Positions 37,151 to 49,260 of a DNA stretch of 64,000 bases are shown here, one piece after another. How positions within the stretch are numbered: the first letter of the stretch is position 1; each line of letters opens with the position of its first letter. The stretch covers positions 1,240,001-1,304,000 of the forward strand of contig OZ237741.1 in NCBI GenBank assembly GCA_965178125.1, in the 5' to 3' direction. Source of the DNA: Bilabrum cf. latius (Eukaryota). The translations under genes and the position numbers were made by a program. The notes beneath the pieces are model-generated. The model had not been told where the DNA came from and searched no databases. It saw only the letters and a list, made by a program, of their open reading frames with translations.

Positions 37151-40100
37151 TTAACCGACCCGGCGAAATCGTGCGAACTTTCGTTAGGTTCGGTCGCGAA
37201 ATTTCGTAAGGTTCGCTTTTGACTTTAGAAATCTGCTGTTCTGTTGCGTATTTGATTACAATTAAACTGTAGTACATATATTTGTATAGTTATGCATCTA
37301 TCAAAGAAGTACTAGGTCCGCATATAGTACAGATGATGAGATCTGAGGTGCCCAAAATATTGCCTCCTCGGTCCAGCTGATGCTCGATCGCGTGCGGGTC
37401 GTCATCTGCAGTCTCGGCGAAGAACTATGATATCTGTACACAAGATGCTTCCCTTCCCCTAATTAAATTGCAATTATATACATAAGATACTTAATCATTG
37501 ATTACACTGCATTATAGTTCCAATACTGCATTTAAGTAGTATCTACAACGCCTCCTTCCGGCGGCCCCTGATTCTGCTGGGCCTATCTTTATGTACTGAA
37601 TACAAAAATGCGTCCGCCGATTTTCATTCCATACACTACCCACGTATACCACATATTATGATTTATATACTGTATCCTTTAAAAGCTCTGCGTGATTATG
37701 GTTTTGCAGAAATCGTCAATAGTGTGGTCTTTGGGCAGGGTGGCCTAGCCGATCTACGAATATAATGTTCAGGCCCACAAAAGAATAGTGCAAATCTTTC
37801 AGCTTCCCGCTAACCCTAATATTAAATACTTATATGGTAAATATACGATTTGGATATTCAAAGTATAATTTACGTTAAAATGTGCAGCGGTATCAAGAGA
37901 ACTACCTCGTGCGCTAAGATCTGTAAATCTTTGTTTCACTGACCACATTAGATCCAGTCAGATTTTTTATTACCAAATTCTGATATTTGTTCTATATACA
38001 TTGCCAATTAATTCAAGAGATTGGCGCAGAAAGCGTCAATTACTCTAGTAAGTGCAATTTTTGGTGGTCCAGTCGAGCCGTACTCGTGACAACTGCCTGG
38101 GGCTATGCATCGCAGTCTTCACCAACGAGTGTCCCTAGTAGCACCATCACCTTACAAGATCATTTATAATAGATGTACATCTAGTAGACACGAGTCATGA
38201 CTTCAAATATTATGTTTGTATTGAATTATGTGACGAAGCTCCGACCTGCACAAATGGTGCTCAAAAAGCAGCTCTAGGTATACAGAAGGACTTTTGAGAC
38301 TGATAATCGCCCATGTATATTTTTAATGATAGTATATAGGGTATACTAGGACCAAACCGAAATAAATGGTCGTGATTATGCCAAACTGCAAGATTTTGAG
38401 CCGAAGCCTCAACCGGCGTGGAGCAATTGCATCCTAATAGCTATCCTAAATCGAGTCAATTATCCTTCGTAAGCTACAGACTAGTGTATATATTCATATT
38501 CTATTGATATAGGAAGTTTGCCTTGAATTGACATCGGTTTGATTGTCTGCAGTGTTGAATGTGCAATTTCCGTGACCACTCTGCAGCAAGGAAGCCTAGC
38601 CCATGCAATAATAATAAAGTGGTACTTCAGGGCGCTAACCAACTTCATTTAACATTCATGTATTAGTTGGTGGGCCCAAAGTATGGTTTACGTCGAATAC
38701 GAACGATATGTTCACGTCAACAACAATGCATCGAGTATGTGTCCAACGCGACACAGACAAGACTGCTTAGGGCTCATCTGCATGATCCACAGTGATGATA
38801 TGAACAAAGTAATGCTTGAATAAGGACAATATAGTAGTTATTATTATTGTTAAACCATTGTATACCCTTTCGATACAACGAACGAGTCTATGTCGAACGT
38901 GCACTACCGCGGGTGCGCCACGACCTCGAAATCCTGCTCAACTCCACGCAGCATCTACTTGATCTTTCCCTACCTACGAGTAGCATAAGGTAATACCATC
39001 CATGCAATTGATTATTTATTAGCCATTTAATCCATGTAGGGCACCGTATTGTTAGATTCGTTACTATTCGAGATATAATCGATATGATTTGGAGGCACCT
39101 CCGAGTCTCGCTCAGCATCAAACTAGAATCTGCTATACAGCTGCAAGTCTGTGCTTCAAGGCATGACTTATGCTACAAATGTTAGTCCCATTACAGTAAC
39201 AAGCATATATTAATAGTAGTCGTGCTTACTTTGGGATTAAATCAGCCATGAACAAGCTACTGAAGGACTCCCAACTTAGGCACCGGTTCGACTTGCTCGG
39301 AAACCCGATCAAGTCAGAGCAACAGTTGTGCTTCCTTACACTACAAAAAGCCGTGTACGCTTGAAGTTACTGCATTTAACACGTAGATAATAAGGTATAA
39401 CATGTATTCTGGCAAGTTAACTTTTTGTTTAGGCTTTACATGGCAAGCATGGTATGCTGAAGGCTGGTGCGTCGTCGACTCTGTCAGCCTCCAACCGAAA
39501 CTTGTCCTGACTTCTACGCTCCATTCTAGCCTTCAAGAATAAAAATTGACTAATGCGTTACAACCATCTGTATAATATCCACATATTTAGCAATGCGCTA
39601 AGATAATACCGTTCTCTTTTGTTTATTTTGCTTGATTCTGCCAGGTTGTCACTACACAATCGGCAAGTAGCTAGGTAGGGGTCAGTTGACTGGAGTTTAT
39701 AATCCATCCTCGCCAGTTTTGTGGCCATAAAATAATGTATATTGGAGTATATGGCGTGATTGTAGTGCGCATTCATTGAAAAATTATGTATAGCTTGAGC
39801 CATGCTGCGTTCATGTCAAGAGCGTGATTCGGCCAATTTAAAGTCAAATCATAACCAGCGCATAATTTGATGTAGCCATAAAATAGAGGCACGTCAAGTT
39901 GAATTATAGTTGCCACAACTGCGAATAATACATTAAGATTACGGGTTGATCAATTTGATTTATGCTGGCTACTAAGGAGAATGCTATAGACGCGCAGCCT
40001 CGGACACCAGTGCCACGCGAACCTGGTCAGAGCGCATGTATTGGCAGATTTAAATGCAATATTGCAGTCCCCGGCAGTTAAGCTACATTTTACATCAACA

Positions 40101-40575
40101 TTCACATGTTTGAGCTTGCATTTGACTTCAATTTCTTCGTATCTGCTTACCAGGGGCTGGTTCTGTTGAAGTCTGGCTAGCGCCCAACTCGCAGACCAAA
40201 ATTTCATAGACAGCATTTCTCGACGTTGGTGTAGAACTGGCCGGACGCTAATTTATATTTTATTATTATATCAATAAATAATGTATTGGTTGTATTATTA
40301 TTACAATTACATATCCATGGAGTAAGAATATGAGCTTCCAAAAAACCGTGTCGCGATCAGAGCAAAATTATTGAGGCCCCATGTAATTCATCAATGAAGC
40401 CACCTACCGAATGCACAGCCGGCTATTACGTAGTTAATGAAGTTGATTTACTATTTCAACTATCAAAAGTAAAATTGGCATTCGTTATGCCTTTGAATTT
40501 TGACACGATTCGGAGGGGTACCAACCGATGAAATCCCGGAACTGCCGAAAGTTGGGTTTTCGCCGGGTCGGTTAA
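37151..40575. mobile_element. Decayed piggyBac-like DNA transposon (3417 bp between TTAA target-site duplications)
   Basis: TTAA (37151-37154) + CCGACCCGGCGAAA (37155-37168) ... TTTCGCCGGGTCGG (40558-40571) + TTAA (40572-40575): perfect 14-bp TIRs with CC/GG ends. AACTTTCG occurs subterminally at both ends. The interior is sharply AT-rich with no long ORF. It sits between two convergent genes. Confidence 0.85.
38600..40120 (+). pseudogene. Possible piggyBac transposase relic
   Basis: Fragments in the expected order: PKYGL (38676-38690), GTV (~39040), KNKN[TGA]LMR...NA (39535-39597, W-to-NA spacing as in KW.{14}NA) and Cys/His-containing pieces near 40035-40120. Many stops and frameshifts. 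Confidence 0.4.
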
Positions 40576-40620
40576 GAAAAATCAGGGTAATACCCACAAG
40601 AAGCAACCCCGTGGCCCTCC

Positions 40621-43600
40621 TCATGCCTTGCTAGTCCATGACACTGCCTTGCCTTCCAGCAGCACAACAGGGCCGCTCGGACTGCTGCCATGTACGCCAA
40701 GCGTGTCCAGCCTAAGCCCCTACGTCTCGTAGGCCCCTCCAGCCACGGTCATGCGCACCGTGTACTGCACCCCGCCGGGCACCACCACCCCCTCGACCCT
40801 CCCCGCTGCATCGGGGATGTACCAAGGAAGCGAGAACGGCGCGTCCACCTGCGGATGGAACTGCATGGATCCTTTGCCCGCACGTAGGTCGACCAGCTGC
40901 CCCGAGAGAGCAAGCGGGGTCCTCCAGGAAGACATAAAGTACCCGTAGTGGCTCGTGATGTACGGGTACCCAGAGGCCGGCGTGTAGGGCCCTCCCAGCA
41001 GGCCTGCCACGTTCCACTCGTCCCGCAGGTCCCGCCACCTGCCCATGCTCTTGAGCGGCTGCGCCAGTGCCTCCTCCACGCTCACATTGGCCGGGTGCCC
41101 GGTGGTCTCCTTGAGGGTCTGGTTCAGCCGCATCATGAGGCTGGCCCAGTTGGGGCTGCCCATCTGCCACACCTGGCCATCCCGAGATGACGGCTGCTTG
41201 GGGTCCGGGTCTCGGCCCGTCATGATCACGAGTCCGTGCGGTCCATCGTTGCGCTCTTGCTCGGTGAGCAGATGCTCCACGGCCTTGGAGGGGTCTGCCA
41301 GCAGGTCAGAGAATCCAAGGTCCTCGCCGCACGTCATGCCGAAGAATGTGTCTGCCATCACAGACTTGTTGTTCCCGTAGTAAGCGGCGTAGTGCCCGAA
41401 ATCAAAGCCCTTGTCTGGGGCCGCGCCCACCCACAGCATCTGGTCCAGCCCGGTCTGGGCCTTGGCCTTGGCTGCTGTGCACGCTGCCGCCAGGTCGGAG
41501 CCACCGACCTGTTCGGCCAGCAGAACGCACGCGTCCATGGCCATGAGATGGAAGGCCGTGCTATACGTGGAGATGGGGTATCCGTTGAGTCCCAGGATGT
41601 CGTAGGTGGTCTGCAGCTTGTAGGGCTGGTAGCCCCACTGGGTCGAGTTGCTGATGGACATGTGCCACTCGGCAGCCCGCTTGCAGTAAGGGTACAGCTC
41701 CTCCGTCAGCGCGGTGTCGTTGGCCCACAGCAGGAACTCGGACACGTACAGAAGGTAAGCGCTGCTCACATCGGACATGACCCGCCCGCATGGGGTGTCA
41801 TACTCCGGCACGCCGCGCATGCACCCGCACCCCAGCTGCTCTTGCACCATGCCATCGCCTCCCTGTCCCGCGCCCCATGCCCTGAGGTTGGATTTCACCA
41901 CATCGGAAAAGAAGGCCGTGTACGGGATGTGCCGCTCCTGGTTGTTGTGCACAGAGTCAACATTCACGCAGTCCATGGCCTCGAACTGGCGCCACTGCCT
42001 GTCCGCGAACCACTGCAAGGACCTCGTGTGGCTCAGCGAGTTCACCAGCATGTCGGCGATGGGCAGGGGCAGGCTGCTCGCGCCCAGAAAGGCATCGTGG
42101 GTGCCCTTGATCTTGCTCAACGTCACCGCGCGGGCGCCCAGCATCGAGGCGGCGGCGGCGTGGGCCGTGGGATACATGGCAGCGTACGCGTTGCCCACGG
42201 GCTTACCCAGCCAGGTCTAGTTCGGGAAGGACCATGCCAGCACCACGTCAACGGTCACGTTGGTGCCTGCAGGGGCGGCAAAAGGCACCGCGACTGCAGC
42301 CACGGGATCGCCCTCCCCCACGGCTCCCTGCATCCCCGCCCCGGCCGACGTTGAGCTCCACAGATCCCCGAGCGTCGATCCGGTGGCTATCGCGCCGGCA
42401 TCGCATGCCTGTCCCTGCGACTCGAAGCACAGCCCGATCTCGCCACGGGTGGGCCCCGGGGCCTGCCTCGAGTGCAGCAGGCAGCATATTCCATCCTGGT
42501 CTTGCGCCAGCCAGCTGCCCTTGACCCCGGAGAAGGAGCCCTGCTCGAAGGCGTTCTCGGGCACGTCCGGGTGCAGCGTGCAGGGCCCGCCCGACGGCAT
42601 GGTCCACGAAGCGCAGGAGGCGCTGCCCTGGCACTGCGCGAGGCAATCGCGGGGTGTGCCGGCGCCGACACGCACGGATCTTGAGCCATAGCTGCTGCCA
42701 CCGCCGCTGCTGCTGCCTCTGGCCATATCGTCTTCCAGCGGGATGGACAGAGACACGAAGAACCTCCCAACCACGTCCTTGGACCCGGGCCCGTCGTTCT
42801 GGATCCCCGCGCTCAGCACAACGGCCGGTCGGGAGCTCGCGTTGACGTCCCCTGGCTGCCAGGAGCTGTATCCGAACAGGGAGGCGCCCTGCAGCCCCGC
42901 CGCCCCCACCCGGGGGTCGTCCACGTCCAGCCGGGCCACGGGGTGCGCGCCCCTGTAGCTGATCTGGGCCGCGGGCTGGATGGCGTCCCGGCTGGCTGGA
43001 TCGTGCACGTGCGTGGCAAAGGGCAGCTTGGTGTCGGTGAGGGGCCCCACCCCCCCATCTGCAGCCCCTGCACTCGCCCGCGGGAGAGAGAGGCCCGAGG
43101 CGGAGGCTTGTTCCACGACGATCCCCGCCATGGTGGAGTTGAGCCAGGCGTACTTGGCTGCCCCCGCCGGGCTCTGGTTCACCACGGTCCAGTCACGGAA
43201 GGAGCCGTCTGCCCTCAGCTCTACGTTGCCCGTCGACAGACCGCCCAGCGGCACGGCGGATCGCATGCCCGTGGGGGGGGTGGCCCCGTGGCCCGCCGAT
43301 GGCTTGTCGATCGTGCCGCTCGACACGATGGGGTTGGCCTTCGGGTTGGGCTGCGTGCTCTTCAGATAGCAGCACGGCTGTCCGTTGATGCAGTCCTTGA
43401 ATGCAGAGGGTGCATGGGCCGCCCACACGAACGCCACGCACGGCCCGTCCTCGCAGCACATGGCCTGGCAGGCCTCGGTCGATGGCACATGCGGCGCGGT
43501 CTTGTAGTCTCCGCCCGGGAGGTCGGTGCCGTTGCTCACCGCAGAGGGGTTACAGACTGCCATAGATGCCGTTTGTGTTCCTGCCGGCGCAGTCGCAGGA

Positions 43601-44085
43601 TCAGGATTCGCGCCTGACAGGTGGCAGCAAGTGCTGGTTGTGCAATCGCCTACCGGGGACGCCGCAAATTCTTCGAACGTCCACGACTGGCACCGCGGCG
43701 AGTCGGCACAGCATCTAGATGAGCATGTGGCAGCATCCGTGGCCGGGGCAGCGGCGTAGTCTTGTCCGAGCCTCGACTTGCCGGTTCTAATGCCGTCTGG
43801 CTCTGAGCAGATCGGCTCCATTGACGAGTTCGCAGGGCTCCGGGCATCCATGAATAAGTACTCGCAAGAGCCTTCCGCTGCCCATGCGTAGTTTGCCTTT
43901 CGCACGCGGTCCGGCTCAAGGTATCCGCACGGCGTCGTTCCATAATAGAAGTTGTCGGTAGCGAGCACAGGGTCGACGGGGCTCTCGAATGTAAGCTCCC
44001 ACAGCCCATCGCTCGGGAGTTGCCAGCCATGTGCATTGGCAGTAATGAATGTGCAAATCGCTGACAAGCAAACGGGGAGATGCAT
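40621..44085 (-). CDS. Secreted GH116 (GBA2/glucosylceramidase-like) glycoside hydrolase with PAN/apple-like Cys-rich modules
   Basis: Signal peptide; C..CC....C..W/F modules; GMRSAVPLGGLSTGNVELRADGSFRDW, WRQFEAMDC, LQTTYDIL, VMADTFFG and SHYGYFMSSW. TAG at 42217 and 40720; TGA stop 40621-40623. Confidence 0.85.
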
Positions 44086-45173
44086 GGTTCGGCCCGATTA
44101 CGGGTTGCGTTATGATCCGTCCAGGCACTGTGCGACGGCTGGCGTGAAAATCTGGTTTTAAGCTTGTACCGTAGAGTTTAGGTTTGGCCATGGGCCTATC
44201 AAGCCGGGCCATGGCTTTACGCTTCAGCGGCTGCCTCCTGCCGCACGCCCCGTGGCAGTGCCCATCTGCCCCGTGCTGGAGACGACTCATCTGGCTCAAG
44301 ATGGAGAGCCATGCGCCCTGGCACAGCGGTATCATCAGCAGAGGCTGGAATGTGCTGGCTGGTCATGCCTGGACTCCTGGGGCCCTCGATAGGCCTAGTG
44401 CCGAAGATGTATGGCACTGGAATGCTGTCTTACATCAGGCTGCATGGCAACCATCGGGACTGCCAGTGCCACTGGCATCATGATCGACTTGTGTGTTGGC
44501 ATCATGCATCGTGCATCGGGCATCGCGAAGGAACCAGGGTAGTCGGACGGCTGCTACTACCAACCATTGGTATGCGCAACGCACCGCAAGTGGCCACCAC
44601 ACACTGGCGGTGCACTGGCGGTGGCATGCGGCTCAGCGGCGACTCGGACTCGGAGCTGCCACTCACGCAAACGCTCCCGGACATTCTTGCTGCCATGGCC
44701 AAAGGATCGCACTTGTCAGACAATCCATCAACAACAGCTTTACAATATGCTGAGAGAGGACGGTACGTCTGACTCCTGCTCCTTGGATGGGTTGGGCGGC
44801 CCCCCCCGCTAGCGGCAGCGGGGGACTACGCAGTCCTCACTCAGTGGATGTGCTTGACCGCGTTCCGTTGCAAAGCTGTGGGCCACGTGAGAGGCGGCGA
44901 TGGTCGCGCGTCCGGGACCGCACTGCCACAGCATAGCTGGTGGTCTGACACACTCTACTGACTTGACGAAATGTATCTGCTTTGTGCCCCCGGTCCCTCC
45001 CCCCCCCCATGGCCTACAGGTACACAAGTAGGCTTTGGGTGCGAAATTGGAAACTGGACATGGCTCCCTATCCGATTCCAAACCGGATTCGACCACGGCT
45101 CTTGAATGTAACGTGTACAAAATGGATATGGGAAGCCAGCGAATGAGACGGCAAAACATGGGCCGAAATAGAT

Positions 45174-46061
45174 ATGATTCTAGATAAATTGTTGTACCTG
45201 TACATTTTAATCGGATATGCAGCCGCCATGCGACCATCAGGGCAGGCATTCAGGCAGCTGTCGATGCGGGGTAGTGCTGCTGATTGGTCACGGTTCACGT
45301 CCAGGCATGCATCGCGCATTGAGCATCTGGAGGGAGGGGAATGCAGCGGAATTACTGCAAAGGTATGCAACCCCTGTCCAGCTGGCGAGAATAACAATTG
45401 CGAGGACGTTGGCAAGCAGTGCCAACGGTCGCTATGCAACCCGCTGTGTCTCGGCGATGCCCTCTTCTCGTGCGAAATAGTCGGAAAGAAAGGATTTCAA
45501 GTAAATTCTGCGGAATCTGCGGCCCTTTGCGCCCAAATTCGCGGTTGGGCCTGCAGCGAGAAGTTCGACTGCTGCAAAGCGGCCGAGAAGGAGCCCGAGC
45601 TGGAGGAGCCTGGTCCATCTGTCGATGATCCCCTGACGTCCTGGGTCGTCAACTAGGCAGGAAAGGGAGCCACACAATCTGCCTGGCCTACTTTGATGGC
45701 CCGGCCCCCGCTGCCAATCGGGCAGTGCACGCGTGACCGTCTCGACAAGTCGGCGAGCGAGCGAACGTGCACCGAGTGCCAGGCCCGCCTCGAGGCCCGC
45801 ATGCGGCTGAACGAGGACGGCTGCAAGGCCTTCATGCCGCCGGGGGCAGACCCCGCGGAGGAGAGCAGCGGCGCAGCCCTTGCTCTCATGCACGAGCGGT
45901 GCATGGCGATGGTGACTGAGCTGGGTGGCAAGGTGGGGCAGGTGCTGTCGGAGGCCAACAAATGGCTGTGCGGGTGCGCTGGGTGCTGCGAGGGCAAGGG
46001 GGCCAAGGAGGACGCCCCTGATTTCGGGGAGTGTCCTTTCCCCGTGTTTGGGATCACTTGA
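45174..46061 (+). CDS. Secreted cysteine-rich hypothetical protein (~295 aa)
   Basis: Signal peptide MILDKLLYLYILIGYAAA and many Cys. Two ORF halves are joined by TAG 45654; TGA stop. Confidence 0.75.
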
Positions 46062-46298
46062 TTTGACGTGCCGTCATGGTGCTTGCGGTTGTGCGAGAAG
46101 TAATTAGCAAGCAATGAATGGTCCATGCTCCTGTGACCCGACGAAGACTGCAAAAAGTGTAACACTGCGTGCGTGATAATCATGATGCGAGCGGGCGTGC
46201 CTTGACCGAGCCTCGCTCTCGAACGCGAGAAAGACAACGCACGCGCCACCAAAATCCGGATATTGCAACCAGAACCCCCGCCCCACACCAGGCCTAGA

Positions 46299-48957
46299 TC
46301 AGGCGTGCAGCTGCACGGTGGCAGTGGCGAGGTCAGTCACCGAGGTGCCCCCGACCCTCACCGTGTACTCCCCCTCGTACACCTTGTACTGCATGTCCAC
46401 GCCGTGGAAGGCGATGTGGTCCACCCTCACGGGGACCTGCACCTTGGCTGTGCTCTTGGCCGGCACGGTCACCCGCTGGAAGCCCCAGAGCCGCTTCCAG
46501 AACCTCACGATGGGGATGCCGATTGGATCCACGCCGAACACCTCCACCACCTCGGTCACGTCTGCCCCGTTGCTGTTGCTCAGCTCGATCTCCACGGTCA
46601 GCGCCGTGCTGAACCCGAGAGGACCCTCGGAGGACTGCACCGCGGCGCTGACAGCAGTCTGGTTCACGGCGATCGAAAGCGACTTGGGATCGTACGTCAC
46701 GCCGCCCTGCACATACCCGCTGATGCCATCCCCGAAGTGGAACAGAGGGTCCGCCGGCGAGTTCACGTAGTTGTCATACCGCCTGCCGTCTGGGTCCTGC
46801 ACGCTGCCCCTCGTGTTGGCCAGCCACTTGCCCTTGACCTGCTGCAGCCATGGGGAGGACCCGCTCCAGATCTGACCCACCGACCGGGGCCAGCTCTGGG
46901 CGAGTCGCCCGCTGGGCGCCGCCTCTCCCAGCAGCAGGTCCGCGATGCCGTTGCCGCCTTGTTCCCCGGGGCGAAAGCCCACTAGGATGGCGTCGATCCG
47001 ATCCAGGACGGCGTTCTGGGGCCCCCCAAAGGTGAGGGGGCGGCCGTTGACGGTCACCAGCACGATGGGGGTGGAGGTCTGGTTGGCCACCGCCTCGAGG
47101 AGCGGCAGCTGCGAGCCGGCGAGGTCAAGGGTGTCCCTGTCGCCCCACTCGCCGCACGACTTCTGACTGTCTCCCAGCACAGCCACCACCACGTCAGCTG
47201 CGGCGGCCGCCTGCACGGCAGCTGCGATCATGGACACGTCGTCGGTATCGATGTCTGCGCCCTGGCTGTAGGTCACCTGCACGCCCCCCTTGCCGACTGC
47301 GGGGCTGGACAGTAGGCCCTCGTGCACCGTGACGATGTCAACGAAGGAGCTCAGCTGCGTGTACGAGCCCACCATGTCGCTCTTGGCCGTGCACTGGAAG
47401 GGTGTGCTCTCGTTGGAGCAGCCACCGTTGGGGCCGATGACCGCGATGCTCTTGACGGAGCCAACGGAGGAGGACTCGCCCAGGTGAGTTGCCCGCCTGC
47501 CGCCGGGGATGTCCAATGGCAGCAGCTTGTTCTGGTTCTTCACGAGCACCACACCCTCCTGTGCCGCCTTCCTGGCAAGTTCCTTGTGCGCGGGGTCGTT
47601 GAGGGTGGGCAACAGGTCGGGGCTCTGCTGAGGCGTGTCGAACAGGCCGGCGGAGAACTTGTGCGCGAGCACACGGGCAGCCGCCCTGTCCACGTCCTCC
47701 TCCTGGATGAGGCCTTCCTGCAGCGCCTGGGGGAGTGCGTTGAAAGACCATTGGTCCGGGTCACTGCCGCACATGAGGTCCTGGTCCAAGCCCGCCTTGA
47801 GGGCGATGGCGGCGCGGTGGGATTGGTTGGCGGCCAGCCGGTAGTCCTCGAGGGCCCCGATGTCGTTGCAGTCCGAGGCCGTGTAACCGTCCCCAAACGC
47901 GAGCGTTCCCCTGAACTGGTCGTTGATGAGGCTGCCGTCAGCGTGCGCGGGGGTCTGCTGCACGGTGTTGTGGGAGGGCATGGCGGCCCTGCCCCCCACG
48001 TGGCCAAAGGCGCGCCACGGCTTGAGGAACACGTCCTGGAGCGTGCGGTTGCTCACGTCCACGGAATTAGCGTTGAGTCCGCCGGCCGCCCCACCGTAGG
48101 CCGCAAAGTGCTTGCCCAATGCCGCCGTGCTGTTGGGTCCGAGGTACTCGCCTGGCATGGCCCCGCCCTGCATGCCCCGCGTGTACGAGGCGCCCAGCTC
48201 GTACGTCAGCGTAGGGTTCTGGCTGAAGCCCTCCTGCTGCCTGCCGAAGCGGCTGTCCAGGAATAGGTTGATCACCGGACCAAAGAGCGTGTCTGCGAGC
48301 GGAGGGCGAGGGACCGTCTGAGATGCGGTGGGTGGATGGCGCGATGCACTGTCGCAGCGGGGCGTCAAGCGACTGTCCGGTGTATGGCCGTAGTCGCAAG
48401 TAACTCACCGGCTCCAAGAGCTCTGCCTGCCATGGCATCGGCTTTGGCAATCTCCGCGACTAGTTGGGGATCCCAGGTAGCGCCAAGCGTGACAAGCTCG
48501 GGGTAAATCGTGCCGCCATGGCCTCCCGAATGGAGCCCCTCGTTTGAGAACGAAATAGGAATATTGAGCCGACTATTCGAGATAAAGTACTGCTGCAGCT
48601 CATTGCGTGTCGCTAAGTTCTGCTCTGGCGGCATCGTATCCTGTGTGAAACGCTGCGTCGACAGGCTCCCGAAGCTTGTGTTGGCGTAGTTTTTCTTTGT
48701 GGCATCAATGCTGCCGTAGACATGGAACGTCTATCGAATTTTTTCCAACGTGGTCATCTGCGATGACAATTAAAGCATAGCTGTCAGGCGGAGTCTTGAG
48801 TGACGCGCCCGAAGTGCGAGGTGCAACCGCTCGCAAGCCTCACTTTTCCCAACAAATCCTTGACTCGCTGCGCGATTGGGGCCTTGGGATCCTTATACAT
48901 CTCATGTGAGTGTACGCAAGACACCAAGCCGGCTAGTAAGGCCAGGGCACCTTTCAT
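46299..48957 (-). CDS. Secreted GH3 beta-glucosidase/xylosidase with fibronectin-III-like C-terminus; introns 48758-48843 and 48293-48408
   Basis: YKDPKAPIAQRVKDLLGK|MTTLEKIR[TAG]TF, RLNIP...EGLH, GATWDP, RFGRQQEGFSQNP, KHFAAYG, SDCNDI (nucleophile), VVLVKN, GEWGDRDTLDL, PSGRL and PLFHFGDG. TGA stop. Confidence 0.95.
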
Positions 48958-48999
48958 GGCGGCGAGATAGTGGCCCCGTCGGTTCGCGATCTTTCCCTG

Positions 49000-49260
49000 C
49001 GTCAAAGTTTCCGGTTTTGTCTCACCGCCGCTCGCTGCCGAGCGAGCCCCGGCGAGACTCGTGATTCTAGTCCCTGCCGAGTCGCATCGAGTCTCGACGA
49101 TGGATAATTTTTCAGAGTTTTGTCGAGACTCGGTGGGGCGCTCAGCTTCGAGACTCGTCGGGGCTCAGCCAGCGGCGAGCCCCAACGAGACTCGGAGCGG
49201 GCCCGCCCCGGGCGAGCCTCGACGATGCTCGTCGGGGGTCGAGCTATGTCGAATCTCGGC
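49000..49260. repeat. Cluster of palindromic CGAG[A/T/C]CTCG 9-mers (left)
   Basis: Exact matches at 49053, 49088, 49124, 49149, 49186 and 49213; CGTCAAAGTT at 49000-49009. Confidence 0.75.

Noticed and set aside
37151-40575. Endogenous virophage/Polinton-like insertion or contaminant contig join
   Set aside because: It is only 3.4 kb with no intact ORFs. Short TIRs with TTAA duplications fit a piggyBac-type element better.
44184-45170. Short ORFs between GH116 and the Cys-rich gene
   Set aside because: No recognisable domain or coding-like bias; treated as divergent intergenic DNA.
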